From: Alphaproteobacteria bacterium
Lineage (GTDB): Bacteria > Pseudomonadota > Alphaproteobacteria > Bin95
NCBI GenBank assembly: GCA_964291285.2
Contig: OZ219785.1
Location: 1,152,001 to 1,216,000, forward strand
DNA: 64,000 bases
Direction of reading: 5' to 3'
This document shows, one piece after another, positions 41,540 through 52,351 of the stretch. Within the stretch, counting starts at the first letter, position 1. Every line of letters begins with the position of its first letter. A program made the translations under genes and the position numbers. Under the pieces are notes generated by a model. It searched no databases, had not been told where the DNA came from, and worked only from the letters and a program-made list of their open reading frames with translations.

Positions 41540-43174
41540 ATGGCGGAGAACAGGCGGGACGGGCTCGTGGCCGACGCAGGGCTGATGAAGGGCCTGCACA
41601 GCGGCATGGGATTCGCGGCGAAAGGCATGGTCGTCGCCTTCGTTGTGTTCACGATCCTGAATGTCGAGTTCGCCAGCAGCATCTACCAGGCGATCCGCGG
41701 CTGGGTCGAGGCGTCGCTGGCCTGGTACTACATCCTGATCGTGGTCGTGCTGGTGTTCGTCTGCCTCTACCTGATGTGCTCGCGGCATGGGTCGATACGG
41801 CTCGGGGACGACGATTCGCGGCCGGAGTTCAGCAATTTCTCCTGGTTCGCGATGCTGTTCTCCGCCGGTGTCGGCATCGGCATCCTGTTCTTCGGTGTTG
41901 CCGAGCCGGTCTTCTATTTCGACAACTCCGGCGCCTTCGGCTATCCGAACAATCCTCACGCGGATGTCGCCGGCGTGACCGACATGGACGTGAACCGCGC
42001 CGTTCACGCCATGCGCGTCACCTACTTCCACTGGGGATTCCACGGCTGGGCGGTCTATGTGATCATCGGCCTCTGCCTCGCCTATTTCGGTTTCCGCAAG
42101 AAGCTGCCGCTCACGCTCCGCTCGGCGCTCTACCCGATCATCGGCGAGCGCATCTACGGGCCCATCGGGCATGGCGTGGACCTGCTCGCGGTGTTCGGGA
42201 CGGTCTTCGGCGTCGCCACCTCGCTCGGCCTCGGCGTGACCCAGATGGCGACCGGCCTGAACGTGCTGTTCGGCGTCGATCCTGGCATCGCGACGCAGAT
42301 AATCCTGATCATCGTGATCTCGATCGTCGCGACGCTCTCGGCCGTTTCGGGCGTCGGCAACGGCATCCGCATCATCTCGGAGTGGAATATCTGGCTCTCC
42401 GTGGTGCTGCTGGCCTTCTTCCTGTTCTTCGGGCCGTTCAAGTGGCTGATGGGCTTCTTCGTAACCTCCATCGGCGACTACATATGGAACGTGATCCCGA
42501 TGGGCTTCTGGACAGCCGGCACCGAAAAGGAGATCGCGTGGCAGGGCGGCTGGACCATCTTCTACTGGGGCTGGTGGATTTCCTGGGCGCCGTTCGTGGG
42601 CATGTTCATCGCCCGCATCAGCCGCGGCCGCACGATCCGCCAGTTCATGGTAGGCGTGCTGTTCGTGCCGACCTCCATCGCCTTCTTCTGGCTGTGCATG
42701 TTCGGCGGCAACGCCATCTACATGGAGCTCATGGCCGAAGGCGGCGTGGGCACGGCCGGCATCGTCGAGCTGGTGCGCGCATGGAACCTGCCGTCGGCGC
42801 TTTACGGCACCATCGACCGGCTGACCGAACTCGCCTTCCTGCAATGGATCATGGCGGCGCTGGCGACCCTGCTGCTGGCGACATGGTTCATCACCTCGTC
42901 CGACTCAGGCACGCTCGTCATCACCACCATGCTGTCCATGGGCGACGACAACCCGCCGCAGCGCTTCCGGATCGTCTGGGGCCTGGGCGAGGGCTTCGTC
43001 GCGGGCGTGTTGCTGCTGGCCGGCGGCCTTAAGGCGCTGCAGACGGCTTCCATCGCCGCCGCCTTGCCGATCTCGGTCATCATGCTGTTCATGACCTACG
43101 GCCTCATCAAGTCGCTGTCGGAGGACAGCTCGGCCGTATCGGCGGAAGCCGAAGCGGAGCCGGCGCGGGCCTGA
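41540..43174 (+). CDS. BCCT family transporter
   Basis: SWFAMLFSAG.GIG, HWGFHGWAVY, WTIFYWGWWISWAPFVGMFIARISRGRT, TSSDSG. Confidence 0.95.
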   Translation: MAENRRDGLVADAGLMKGLHSGMGFAAKGMVVAFVVFTILNVEFASSIYQAIRGWVEASLAWYYILIVVVLVFVCLYLMCSRHGSIRLGDDDSRPEFSNFSWFAMLFSAGVGIGILFFGVAEPVFYFDNSGAFGYPNNPHADVAGVTDMDVNRAVHAMRVTYFHWGFHGWAVYVIIGLCLAYFGFRKKLPLTLRSALYPIIGERIYGPIGHGVDLLAVFGTVFGVATSLGLGVTQMATGLNVLFGVDPGIATQIILIIVISIVATLSAVSGVGNGIRIISEWNIWLSVVLLAFFLFFGPFKWLMGFFVTSIGDYIWNVIPMGFWTAGTEKEIAWQGGWTIFYWGWWISWAPFVGMFIARISRGRTIRQFMVGVLFVPTSIAFFWLCMFGGNAIYMELMAEGGVGTAGIVELVRAWNLPSALYGTIDRLTELAFLQWIMAALATLLLATWFITSSDSGTLVITTMLSMGDDNPPQRFRIVWGLGEGFVAGVLLLAGGLKALQTASIAAALPISVIMLFMTYGLIKSLSEDSSAVSAEAEAEPARA

Positions 43175-43307
43175 CCGCTCGAAACGGGGCGGGGCGTTGC
43201 CGTTCCCGGACGGCAGCGCCCCGCCGCCGCCCTCCGGGGCACGGGCCGTGACATCGGGGAGAAATCCGGGCTAGAAGAGCGGCCGATTTTCCCGGCCCGA
43301 GGCCCCG

Positions 43308-43874
43308 ATGCGAATCCAGGCGAATACCATCCGTCCCGGCAATGTGATCGAGCATGACGGCAAGCAGTGCGTCGTCATCAAGATCGACCTGATCCTGCCC
43401 GGCAAGGGCAACGCCTTCATCGCCGTCGAAATGCGCGACCTGAAGACCGGCGTGAAGACCCAGGAGCGCTGGCGCACCGCGGACAGCGTGGAGCGGCTGA
43501 CCACGGAGGAGCGGCCGTGCCAGTTCCTCTATGCCGAGGCTGACGGCTACACCTTCATGGATCAGGAGACCTACGACCAGTTCTCGCTCGACGCCGGCAC
43601 GGTCGGCGACGGCGCGCCGTTCCTCCAGGACGGGCTGGAGGTCAAGGTGATGACGGTGGACGGCAGCCCGGTCGGCCTCGAACTGCCGACGCGGATTTCG
43701 CTCGAGGTCGTGGAGGCGGAGCCCGTGGTGAAGGGGCAGACGGCGTCCTCCTCCTACAAGCCGGCGCTGCTGGAAAACGGCGTGAAGGTGATGGTGCCGC
43801 CGCACATCAAGGTCGGCGCGCGCGTCGTCGTAAACCCCAACGACCTCAGCTATGTCGAGCGGGCCAAGGACTGA
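43308..43874 (+). CDS. efp: Elongation factor P
   Basis: PGKG loop, QFLY, FMDQETYDQ, KGQTA, YVER. Confidence 0.96.
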   Translation: MRIQANTIRPGNVIEHDGKQCVVIKIDLILPGKGNAFIAVEMRDLKTGVKTQERWRTADSVERLTTEERPCQFLYAEADGYTFMDQETYDQFSLDAGTVGDGAPFLQDGLEVKVMTVDGSPVGLELPTRISLEVVEAEPVVKGQTASSSYKPALLENGVKVMVPPHIKVGARVVVNPNDLSYVERAKD

Positions 43875-43880
43875 CCCGCC

Positions 43881-44711
43881 ATGCGCCGCCCGGCCGAAAT
43901 TAACGTCATGCTGCGTGCGGCGCATGCCGCCGGGCGCGGGCTCGCGCGCGATTTCGGCGAGGTCGAGAACCTCCAGGTGTCGGAGAAGGGGCCGGGCGAT
44001 TTCGTCTCGGTCGCGGACCGGCAGGCCGAACGCCGGATCGTCGAGGAGCTGGAGCGCGCACGGCCGCGCTACGGCTTCCTGCTGGAGGAAAGCGGCGCCG
44101 TCGAGGGCGCCGACACGAGCAACCGGTGGGTCGTCGACCCGCTCGACGGGACGGGCAATTTCCTGCACGGCATCCCGCATTTCTGCATATCCATCGCGCT
44201 CGAACGCGATGGCGAGCCGGTTGCCGCGCTCGTCTATAACCCCCTCACCGACGACACCTACTGGGCCGCGCGGGGCATCGGGGCCTATGCCAACAACCGG
44301 CGGCTCCGCGTCTCGGCGCGGGCGCGCCTCGCGCACTGCATCCTGGCGACGGGCGAGGAAGTCGGCGCCGGCGTCGAGGCAAGGGCCGGCTATCTTCGCC
44401 AGCATGCGGCAGTCAAGGAGGCCGGGGTAAGCCTCCGCCGGCTGGGCGCGGCGGCGCTCGATCTCGCCTGGGTCGCGGACGGACGCCTCGACGGGTTCTG
44501 GCATTCGGGCCTCAACCGCTGGGACATCGCGGCCGGCGTGCTGCTGGTGCGCGAAGCCGGCGGCGCGGTGTCCGATACCGACGGGTCCGGGGCCATGCTG
44601 GAGACGGGCAATATCCTTGCCGCCAACGACCGCCTGCACGGCCATTTGTGCCGGATCATGGAGAAGGCGGCAGGGCCCGCTCCGGTTGCGCCGTCAGGGC
44701 GGGCGGCATAG
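43881..44711 (+). CDS. suhB: Inositol monophosphatase family protein
   Basis: RDFGEVENLQVS.KGPGDFVS, WVVDPLDGT.NF.HG, WDIAAG. Confidence 0.92.
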   Translation: MRRPAEINVMLRAAHAAGRGLARDFGEVENLQVSEKGPGDFVSVADRQAERRIVEELERARPRYGFLLEESGAVEGADTSNRWVVDPLDGTGNFLHGIPHFCISIALERDGEPVAALVYNPLTDDTYWAARGIGAYANNRRLRVSARARLAHCILATGEEVGAGVEARAGYLRQHAAVKEAGVSLRRLGAAALDLAWVADGRLDGFWHSGLNRWDIAAGVLLVREAGGAVSDTDGSGAMLETGNILAANDRLHGHLCRIMEKAAGPAPVAPSGRAA

Positions 44712-44749
44712 AGTGACTCGATGCTGCCGACGCTGCGGCGGAAGGGGAG

Positions 44750-46039
44750 ATGGCGCGCTACCGAGGCATTTTACGAGCGGCCATGGCGCTGGTTCTGCTC
44801 CTCCCGGCCGCTTGGCGCGCCGATGCGCAGGACATGCTGGTAATCGATAGCGGCGGGGCGCGCTGGAAGAGCGGCGAAAGCAGGAAACCGTCCGTGACCG
44901 TCGATTTCGGCGTGATCGACACCCTGTCGGCCGACCGACGGCGGGGCGCCTTCCACAGGCCGGACCGCCGGTCCCGGCGATATCTGACCCTCAGCATCCC
45001 GCAGCCGGAAACGCCGGCCGCCGTGGCTGAGCGTCTCAAGGCGACCGCCGCGCCGCCCGCTGATCCGGAGCCGCAGCCCACGGCCGAACGCTCCGAGCCT
45101 CCTGTCGCACCGGCCACGGAACCGGGGGTGAAACTCGCCGCAAAACACCCTGAACCGGCAGCCGCACCGGCCGCCGAGCCTGCCCCGGAAAAGCCGGCCC
45201 GGGCCGGAATTCCCACACCGCCCGCAAGGCCCGCGACGGCCTTGTCGAAACCGCCCGACAAGCCCCCGGCCCCGCCGGCCCGGGCCGCGCCTGCGCGGCG
45301 CCTGCCTGCCGGAGAGACCGAGGCCACGCCGGCGCTCCTCGCCTTCCTGAGCCGCGCCGACGGGACCCGGCCGCAAGCCGCGGCGCCTTCCCCGGCCAAG
45401 CCCGTGCGCGCGAAGCTGCCGCCGCCGCGCCCCATCCAGCCGCGCCCTGCGGAATCGGGCGCTGCCGCGCCGCCGGCGGCCAAACCGGACATGCCGGGCC
45501 GTTTCCGCCTGCCGCCCCCGGCACCGGCAACTGACGCGCCCGGGAGCGCAGCCGCTTCTCCGGCGCCTGCGGGCAGGCTGCCGCCGCCGCCCCCTGCGAC
45601 GGGAGCGCCCGGGGCCGGTGTCCTGCCGCCTCCGGCCGCGCCGACGGCCGGCACGCCCGAAACGCTGCGCCGGAAGCTGGCTCTCGATGCGCCCGGCCTC
45701 GCGGCCATTGCCGAACCGGTCAGGACCGGCACGCATTCCGAGACGTTCTTCTACGAGGCGGGCGGAACGGCGCTCGGCGCGGAGGACCGCGCGCGGCTTG
45801 GCAGCCTTGCCGCCAGGATGGCCGGGGGAAGCCGGCTCACCGTCGAGATACGCGCTTATTCCGGCTCCGTTGAAGGCGACGGGGTCGAAGCGCGGCGCGG
45901 GGCATTGTCGCGCGCCATGGAAATCCGCCGCCTGCTGATTGCCGCCGGCGTGCCGGAAGCCCGCATCGTGGCGCGGGCGGCAGGCGCAGGCGAGGAGGCC
46001 AGGGCGCATGTCGATGTCGTGCTGGTCGGGCGAAGTTGA
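44750..46039 (+). CDS. Exported Pro/Ala-rich protein with C-terminal OmpA-like domain
   Basis: Signal peptide, long low-complexity linker, VEIRAYS...ARR.ALSRA.EIR..LIAAGVPEARI. Confidence 0.7.
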   Translation: MARYRGILRAAMALVLLLPAAWRADAQDMLVIDSGGARWKSGESRKPSVTVDFGVIDTLSADRRRGAFHRPDRRSRRYLTLSIPQPETPAAVAERLKATAAPPADPEPQPTAERSEPPVAPATEPGVKLAAKHPEPAAAPAAEPAPEKPARAGIPTPPARPATALSKPPDKPPAPPARAAPARRLPAGETEATPALLAFLSRADGTRPQAAAPSPAKPVRAKLPPPRPIQPRPAESGAAAPPAAKPDMPGRFRLPPPAPATDAPGSAAASPAPAGRLPPPPPATGAPGAGVLPPPAAPTAGTPETLRRKLALDAPGLAAIAEPVRTGTHSETFFYEAGGTALGAEDRARLGSLAARMAGGSRLTVEIRAYSGSVEGDGVEARRGALSRAMEIRRLLIAAGVPEARIVARAAGAGEEARAHVDVVLVGRS

Positions 46040-46070
46040 AAAACCGGACTGAAACTGCCGGGCGGGCGTC

Positions 46071-47210
46071 ATGACCCGTCCGACCCAGTATCTGGTGCGG
46101 ATGGCCGTGTTCGTCGCGGTGGTCATTGCGGCGACGGCGCTGCTGTTTGGCCCGGTCGCGGACGCCTTCATGGCCAATCCGGCGCTGAACGGCCTGATCC
46201 TGGGCGTGCTGCTGATCGGCATCGCCTACAATTTCCGCCATGTGCTGCGGCTGTTCCGGGAGATCGCGTGGATACGCTCGATCCAGGGACCCGCGCCCGG
46301 CCGCGGCGCGCCGGAGCCCGCGAGGCCGCAATTGCTGGCGACGCTCGCAACGGCCTTTTCCTCCGAAGCCCCGGTGCGGTTCTCGGCCGTATCCATGCGC
46401 TCGATCCTCGACGGCGTGGCCTCGCGCGTTGACGAGGCGAGCGAGACGGCGCGCTACCTTGCCGGGCTGCTCATCTTCCTCGGCCTGATCGGCACGTTCT
46501 GGGGGCTCATCCAGACGGTCTCCGCCATTGGCGATGTCATCGGCGGGCTGGAGATCGCCGCGGGCAGCCTCACCGGCGTCTTCGAGGAGTTGAAGACCGG
46601 CCTCGATGCGCCGCTGGCCGGCATGGGCACGGCGTTCAGCTCCTCGCTGTTCGGGCTGTCCGGCGCGCTGGTGCTCGGCTTCCTGGACCTCCAGGCGTCC
46701 CAGGCGTCGAGCCGGTTCGTGAACGAGCTGGAGGAGTGGCTGTCCTCGCTCACCCGCCTCGGCTCCAGCGGCCCGGGCTTCGCCGACGGCGACCATTCGG
46801 TGCCGACCTACATCCAGGCGCTGCTCGAAACCACGGCGGAGAACCTGGAGGATCTGCGGCGCATCGTCGGCAGGGCGGAAGAGGGCCGCCATTCGGTGAA
46901 CCGCAATCTCGAGGCATTATCGGAGACGTTGGGCGGGCTCGCCGAACAGCTGAACACCAGCCAGGCCGCCCATGCGCGGCTCGCGGAAGAGCAGATCGAG
47001 ACCCAGACGCTGTTGCGCCGGCTGCTGGAAACCAGGCAGCGCGGCGGACTGGACGAGACCACCCGCCGGCATATCGCGAGCCTGGATTCGGCGCTCCTGC
47101 AGATGCGCGACGAGCTGCGCGCCGGGCGCAACGAACTGGTCGAGGACCTGCGCACCGAGATCAAGCTGCTGGCCCGCACCGTGTCCGCGCGCCTGGAGGA
47201 CCGCCGGTGA
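46071..47210 (+). CDS. MotA/TolQ/ExbB-like membrane protein
   Basis: [35 protein letters not shown]. Confidence 0.85.
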   Translation: MTRPTQYLVRMAVFVAVVIAATALLFGPVADAFMANPALNGLILGVLLIGIAYNFRHVLRLFREIAWIRSIQGPAPGRGAPEPARPQLLATLATAFSSEAPVRFSAVSMRSILDGVASRVDEASETARYLAGLLIFLGLIGTFWGLIQTVSAIGDVIGGLEIAAGSLTGVFEELKTGLDAPLAGMGTAFSSSLFGLSGALVLGFLDLQASQASSRFVNELEEWLSSLTRLGSSGPGFADGDHSVPTYIQALLETTAENLEDLRRIVGRAEEGRHSVNRNLEALSETLGGLAEQLNTSQAAHARLAEEQIETQTLLRRLLETRQRGGLDETTRRHIASLDSALLQMRDELRAGRNELVEDLRTEIKLLARTVSARLEDRR

Positions 47211-48757
47211 GCGAACGGGTCCTGATCGTCGATTTCGGCAGTCAGGTTACGCAACTCATCGCCCGCCGGGTTCGCGAGGCGGGCGTCTATTCCGAGGTTC
47301 ATCCCTTCAACAGGGTCGATGCCGCCTTCGTTGCGGACTTCGCGCCGGTAGCGGTCGTGCTTTCCGGCGGGCCGGCCTCGGTGTTGTCGTCGTCGGCCCC
47401 GACGGCCGACCCGGCGCTGTTCGAGGCCGGCGCGCCGGTGCTGGGAATCTGCTACGGCCAACAGCTCATGGCGGCGCAGATGGGCGCCCGCGTCCTGCCG
47501 GCCGACCACCGGGAGTTCGGGCGCGCAACGGTAGAGGCGGTCGCGGAGAGCGCGCTGTTCGAGGGCGTCTGGGAACCGGGCGGGCGCTACCCGGTATGGA
47601 TGAGCCACGGCGACCGGGTCGAGACGCTGCCGGAGGGGTTCCGGGTCGCCGCGCGCAGCGAAGCCGCGCCCTATGCCGCCATTGCAAACGAGGACCGGCG
47701 GCTCTACGGCGTGCAGTTCCACCCCGAGGTCGTGCATACGCCCGACGGCGCCCGGCTGATCCGCAATTTCGTGCGCCGGATCGCCGGGGCGAAGGGCGAC
47801 TGGTCGATGGCGGCCTTCCGGGAGACGGCGGTGGCCCGGATCCGGGCGGAAGTCGGCGGCGGGCGGGTCGTCTGCGGGCTTTCCGGCGGCGTGGACAGCA
47901 CCGTCGCCGCGCTGCTGCTGCATGAAGCGGTCGGGGACCGGCTGCACTGCATCTTCGTGGATACCGGCCTGATGCGGGCGGGCGAGGCCGATGAAGTGGT
48001 CGGCCTGTTCCGCGGCCACTTCAACATCCCGCTCGTGCATGCCGATGCGGGATCGCTCTTCCTCGAGCGGCTGGCCGGCGTCGATGACCCGGAGAGCAAG
48101 CGCAAGATCATCGGCGCCGCCTTCATCAAGGTGTTCGAGGAAGAGGCCGCGAAGCTTGGCGGCGCCGACTTTCTCGCCCAGGGAACGCTCTATCCGGACG
48201 TCATCGAGTCGGTCGCGTTCGACGGCGGCCCGTCGGTCACGATCAAGTCGCACCACAATGTCGGCGGCCTGCCCGAGCGGATGGGCCTCGGGCTCGTCGA
48301 GCCGCTCAGGATGCTGTTCAAGGACGAGGTGCGCGCGCTCGGCCAGGAGCTCGGCCTGCCGGACCGGTTCGTCGGGCGCCATCCCTTCCCGGGTCCGGGG
48401 CTGGCGATCCGGATGCCGGGCGCGGTGGAGCCGGACAAGCTGGAGGCGCTGCGCCGCGCCGACGCCATCTTCCTGGAGGAGATCCGCCGCGCGGGGCTCT
48501 ATGACGACATCTGGCAGGCGTTTGCAGTGCTGCTGCCGGTGCGCACGGTGGGGGTGATGGGCGATGACCGCACCTATGAGCAGGCCTGCGCGCTCCGCGC
48601 CGTCACCTCGTCCGATGGCATGACGGCGGACTTCTACCCCTTCGACGCCGGCTTCCTCGGCCGGGTCGCCGTGCGCATCGTCAATGAAGTGCCCGGCATA
48701 AACCGCGTGGTTTACGACGTGACCTCCAAGCCGCCCGGCACCATCGAGTGGGAGTAG
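47207..48757 (+). CDS. guaA: GMP synthase (glutamine-hydrolysing)
   Basis: [42 protein letters not shown]. Confidence 0.98.
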   Translation: MSERVLIVDFGSQVTQLIARRVREAGVYSEVHPFNRVDAAFVADFAPVAVVLSGGPASVLSSSAPTADPALFEAGAPVLGICYGQQLMAAQMGARVLPADHREFGRATVEAVAESALFEGVWEPGGRYPVWMSHGDRVETLPEGFRVAARSEAAPYAAIANEDRRLYGVQFHPEVVHTPDGARLIRNFVRRIAGAKGDWSMAAFRETAVARIRAEVGGGRVVCGLSGGVDSTVAALLLHEAVGDRLHCIFVDTGLMRAGEADEVVGLFRGHFNIPLVHADAGSLFLERLAGVDDPESKRKIIGAAFIKVFEEEAAKLGGADFLAQGTLYPDVIESVAFDGGPSVTIKSHHNVGGLPERMGLGLVEPLRMLFKDEVRALGQELGLPDRFVGRHPFPGPGLAIRMPGAVEPDKLEALRRADAIFLEEIRRAGLYDDIWQAFAVLLPVRTVGVMGDDRTYEQACALRAVTSSDGMTADFYPFDAGFLGRVAVRIVNEVPGINRVVYDVTSKPPGTIEWE

Positions 48758-48764
48758 GCGGGCC

Positions 48765-49805
48765 TCAGTCCACCGCGACGCCGTATTTTTCGCCAAGCGC
48801 CCTGAACTGGTTCCAGGTGGCGTCCTCGATGTCGATGCCGTCCGCCCGCCGCGCTTCTGCGGTGCGCCGTTCGATCTCGCCGGGAGCCAGCACTTCCCCG
48901 AAGCCGGCGGCGGCGCGCGTGTCCTTCAGATAGTCCACGAACTCGTCCACCTCGCGCCCGAATTCGCCGGGGTCGCGGAAGGCGGCGGCCTTGAAGAGCG
49001 CGAGGAAGCAGCCGTCATTGTGCCGCCCCGTCGGCTCGACGCCGAAACCGAGCCCGGTCAGGAGCCCTGAGAGGATTTCGACCATCGCGGAGAGGCCGTA
49101 GCCCTTGTGGCCCTCGCTCCCGCCGAGCGGCAGCAGCACCGCGCCCTTGCCGAAATCGTTGGGGTCCGTCGAGGCCCCGCCGTCCGAACGCACGATCCAG
49201 CCTTCGGGAATATCCTTGCCGCGCGCCTGGGCGAGCTTGATCTTGCCGGCGGCCACCGCCGAGGTCGCCATGTCGATCAGCACCGGCTCGCCGCGCGCGG
49301 ACGGCACCGCCATGGCTATCGGGTTGGTCCCGAGCCGCGCCTCGGCGCCGCCGAACGGCGCCACGCTCTTGGCCGAGCGGCCGGAATCGGCGGTCATCAT
49401 GGCGATGAAGCCGGCCTTCGCGGCCATGGTCGGATAGGCGCCGAGGCGGCCGACATGGCTCTGGCGGAAGATCGTGCAGGCGGCGACGTTCTGCGCCTCC
49501 GCCTTCTCCATCGTCAGCTTGAGCGCCCGCTCGGCAATGGCGTAGCCGAAACCCCAGTGGCCATCCACCACCGTTGTCGTCGGGCTTTCCCGGAGGATCT
49601 CGAAGGGCGCTCCCGGAACGATATGGCCCTGTTCCACCCTGTGGATATAGATCGGGATCTGGATCGCGCCGTGGCTGTCATGGCCGCAGAGATTGGCGTC
49701 CACCACGTGGCGCGCGACGATTTCCGCCTCGTCATCGGGCGTGCCGCATGCGGCCAGCAGGCGGCGGATGGTGTCTTCCAGCGTCTCGGCGGCGATAATC
49801 GGCAT
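48765..49805 (-). CDS. Ldh_2 family (malate/lactate/ureidoglycolate/sulfolactate) dehydrogenase
   Basis: GHDSHG, HVGRLG, GTNP, DMATS, GHKGYGL. Confidence 0.9.
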   Translation of the reverse strand: MPIIAAETLEDTIRRLLAACGTPDDEAEIVARHVVDANLCGHDSHGAIQIPIYIHRVEQGHIVPGAPFEILRESPTTTVVDGHWGFGYAIAERALKLTMEKAEAQNVAACTIFRQSHVGRLGAYPTMAAKAGFIAMMTADSGRSAKSVAPFGGAEARLGTNPIAMAVPSARGEPVLIDMATSAVAAGKIKLAQARGKDIPEGWIVRSDGGASTDPNDFGKGAVLLPLGGSEGHKGYGLSAMVEILSGLLTGLGFGVEPTGRHNDGCFLALFKAAAFRDPGEFGREVDEFVDYLKDTRAAAGFGEVLAPGEIERRTAEARRADGIDIEDATWNQFRALGEKYGVAVD

Positions 49806-49911
49806 CGGTGCGGTGCCTCCCTCTCATGCTCATGTCGCGACTTCCGAGCATGGACCGGCTACGGTGCCGGGGTCCAGCCCGGAAAAGGGCATGCGCCGGG
49901 GGGAACGTCTG

Positions 49912-51375
49912 ATGGGCAACGGAAGCTACGAGCGGCTGGAGCGCCGGTTCGCGCGCATTGCCGACCTGAATGCGGCCTCGCGGACCGTGCGCTGGTTCTC
50001 GCTCACTTACGGGCCGCCCGGCGGCGAGGCGGCGCGGGGGCACCAGCAGGCGACCCTGGGCGGCCTCGCGCACGAGCTGCTCACCGCGCCGGAGGCCGCC
50101 GATGCGCTGGCGGCCGCGCGGGCGGACGGGCCCTGGCAGGCGGCCAACCTCAGGGAAATGCGCCGCCTGCACGGGGCCGCCGCCGCCCTGCCGACGGAGC
50201 TGGTGGAGGCGAAGGCGCGGGCCGTCTCCAGGGCGCAGTCGGTCTGGCACCGGGCGCGGCCCGAAGGCGATTTCGCGGCCTTCCTGCCGGCGCTTCGCGA
50301 CGTCGTGGAGCGCGTCCGGGAGGAGGCGCGGATCAGGGGCGAGGCGCTGGGCCTGGCGCCGTACGACGCGCTGCTCGACAGCTACGACCCGGGCCGGCGG
50401 AGCGCGGGCGTCGCCGCCATGTTCGCGGAACTGGAGGCGTTCCTGCCCGGCGTCATCGACCGCGTGCGCGGCGGGCCGAAACCGCCGGGGCCGGCGGGGC
50501 CGCGCGACGGGCTGGAACGCCTCGCCCGGCGGCTGATGGCCATGCTGGGCCTCGAAGAGCAGCATGTGCGGCTCGACGAGTCCGCGCACCCGTTCTCGAC
50601 CGGCGAGCCGGAGGACGTGCGCATCACCACCCGCTGGTCGGGGCCGCCCGGCGAGGCGCTGATGGCGGTGCTGCACGAGAGCGGGCACGCGCTCTACACG
50701 CGCGGGCTGCCGGAGGACTGGCGCCGGCAGCCGGTCGGGCGCAACCGGGGCATGACCGCGCATGAAAGCCAGTCGCTCTCGATCGAGATGCAGGCATGCC
50801 GCTCGCGGGCCTTCGCGGTCCCCTATGCGCGGCTGCTCAACGAGGAGCTGGCGCCGGCGGACGAGTGGGAGCCGGAGAGGCTCTACGGCGTGCTCAACCA
50901 TGTCGAGCCGGACCTGATCCGGGTCGAGGCCGACGAAGTGAGCTATCCGCTGCACATCGCGGTCCGCTACCGCTGCGAGGCCGCGCTGATTTCGGGCGCG
51001 CTCGACCCGGCGGACCTGCCGGGCGCCTTCGACGACGCCATGGAGTCGCTGCTGGGCCTCCGCCCGCCCGGCCCGCGCGAAGGCGTCATGCAGGACATCC
51101 ACTGGTCGAGCGGGTCGTTCGGCTATTTCCCGACCTACACGCTCGGCGCGCTGATGGCGGCGCAGCTTGCCGAAGCCATGCGCGCGGCGCTGCCCGGCCT
51201 CGACCGGGAGATCGGGCAGGGCGATTTCAGGCCCTTGGTGGGCTGGCTCAGGGAACATGTCCACAGCCGCGGCTGCCTCGATGCGTCCTCGGACGGCCTC
51301 GTCGCGCAGGCGACCGGCAGGCCGCTCGATACCGGCGCCTTCATCCGCCACATCGGCGAACGCTACGCCGGCTGA
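49912..51375 (+). CDS. Carboxypeptidase M32
   Basis: HPF, DVRITTR, HESGH, HESQS, IRVEADE.SYPLH, QDIHW, GYFPTY.LG. Confidence 0.93.
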   Translation: MGNGSYERLERRFARIADLNAASRTVRWFSLTYGPPGGEAARGHQQATLGGLAHELLTAPEAADALAAARADGPWQAANLREMRRLHGAAAALPTELVEAKARAVSRAQSVWHRARPEGDFAAFLPALRDVVERVREEARIRGEALGLAPYDALLDSYDPGRRSAGVAAMFAELEAFLPGVIDRVRGGPKPPGPAGPRDGLERLARRLMAMLGLEEQHVRLDESAHPFSTGEPEDVRITTRWSGPPGEALMAVLHESGHALYTRGLPEDWRRQPVGRNRGMTAHESQSLSIEMQACRSRAFAVPYARLLNEELAPADEWEPERLYGVLNHVEPDLIRVEADEVSYPLHIAVRYRCEAALISGALDPADLPGAFDDAMESLLGLRPPGPREGVMQDIHWSSGSFGYFPTYTLGALMAAQLAEAMRAALPGLDREIGQGDFRPLVGWLREHVHSRGCLDASSDGLVAQATGRPLDTGAFIRHIGERYAG

Positions 51376-51384
51376 CGGCCCGCC
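51060..51384 (+). repeat. Direct repeat A (3' end of the M32 gene)
   Basis: Colinear with 57258-57582 (offset 6198), about 35 substitutions by hand count. Confidence 0.92.
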
Positions 51385-51400
51385 GCCGCCTCAGGTCCGC

Positions 51401-51530
51401 CTCCCTCATCCTGAGTAGCCGACCGAAGGGAGGCGTATCGAAGGACTGCCCCGTCGGCCGCCGGCCCCCTTCGGCAGGCTCAGGACAGGCTCTCGATACG
51501 CGGCTGGCGCCGCTACTCGGGATGAGGGAG
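51401..51530. repeat. Palindromic REP-like element, copy 1
   Basis: CTCCCTCATCCTGAGTAGC ... GCTACTCGGGATGAGGGAG, inner CGTATCGA/TCGATACG. Confidence 0.85.
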
Positions 51531-51599
51531 AGTCGTCGCGGCTATTGCATCGCCCGCTCTCCCGTCCCGCGCGCTTGTGGATATCTTTCTTCCCGGGGG

Positions 51600-51628
51600 T
51601 TGCAATTCGGGAAAATAAGCCCTAAATA
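51600..51628 (+). promoter_or_regulatory. Putative promoter of the HTH gene
   Basis: TTGCAA-17 bp-TAAATA in an AT-rich patch. Confidence 0.4.
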
Positions 51629-51766
51629 CCCGCCAAAGCAGGCATGAAGCAGGAACAATGACCTGGTGAACCGAGCCGCATTGCGGCCACGCGACGGGAT
51701 TTGGGCGGCTGAAAGCGCCGGGGGCGGCAGGCGGGGAAGCTGCGCGCGCCGGCCGGGCGCGGGCGC

Positions 51767-51814
51767 GCAATGTTCGGTAGGAGATCGTACGCAACGTTCC
51801 GTTGGAGATCGTAC
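51767..51814 (+). repeat. 24-bp tandem duplication
   Basis: GCAATGTTCGGTAGGAGATCGTAC / GCAACGTTCCGTTGGAGATCGTAC. Confidence 0.85.
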
Positions 51815-51842
51815 AGGGCCGGAGGCGGCCGGGGAGGCACGG

Positions 51843-52256
51843 ATGACGGATATATTCACGGAGCGGAAGCGGGGCCGGGCCGTCGGCCAGGACCTGCGCC
51901 GCCGGGCGGTTGCGGCGGTGCTGGAGGGGCGGATGAGCGCGCGGGGCGCGGCCCGGCATTTCGAGGTGGCCGCGTCGAGCGTCTCCCGGTGGGTAAGGCG
52001 CTACCGGGAGCGCGGCGACCTGCGCGACGACCCGAGGGGCGGCCGCCCGTCGCGGATCGAGCCGGAACGGGAGCGGATTTTCCGCCTTCTGGGGGAGCGG
52101 CCGGACCTCTCCGTCCGCGCGCTGCAGCGGGCGCTCGCCGCCGAGGGCGTTGTCTTCAGCGGGACCACGTTGCAGCACTTCCTGAAACGCCACGGCCTCC
52201 AGCGCGGCCGCCGCCTCGCACGGCGCCGCAAGCCCAACGCCGCCGCCCGCGCCTGA
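51843..52256 (+). CDS. IS630-transposase-like double-HTH protein lacking the DDE domain
   Basis: DLRRRAVAAV, SARGAARHFEVAASSVSRW, GGRPS, PDLS.R.L; GGAGG RBS; no catalytic ORF downstream. Confidence 0.8.
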   Translation: MTDIFTERKRGRAVGQDLRRRAVAAVLEGRMSARGAARHFEVAASSVSRWVRRYRERGDLRDDPRGGRPSRIEPERERIFRLLGERPDLSVRALQRALAAEGVVFSGTTLQHFLKRHGLQRGRRLARRRKPNAAARA

Positions 52257-52351
52257 CGGCGGGCGGGCGGTTTATGCAGGGGCCGGCCCGAGCCGCGCCG
52301 CCGCCCGGCCCCCAGCAGTTTCCCTTGAAAATCGCGCCGGAACGGACGCCG

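Noticed and set aside
45000-45700. Repeat array in the Pro-rich gene
   Set aside because: Low-complexity coding linker without discrete periodic DNA repeats
48700-48800. Island integrated at the guaA 3' end (a known hotspot)
   Set aside because: guaA is followed after 7 bp by a convergent metabolic gene; no integrase or duplicated end
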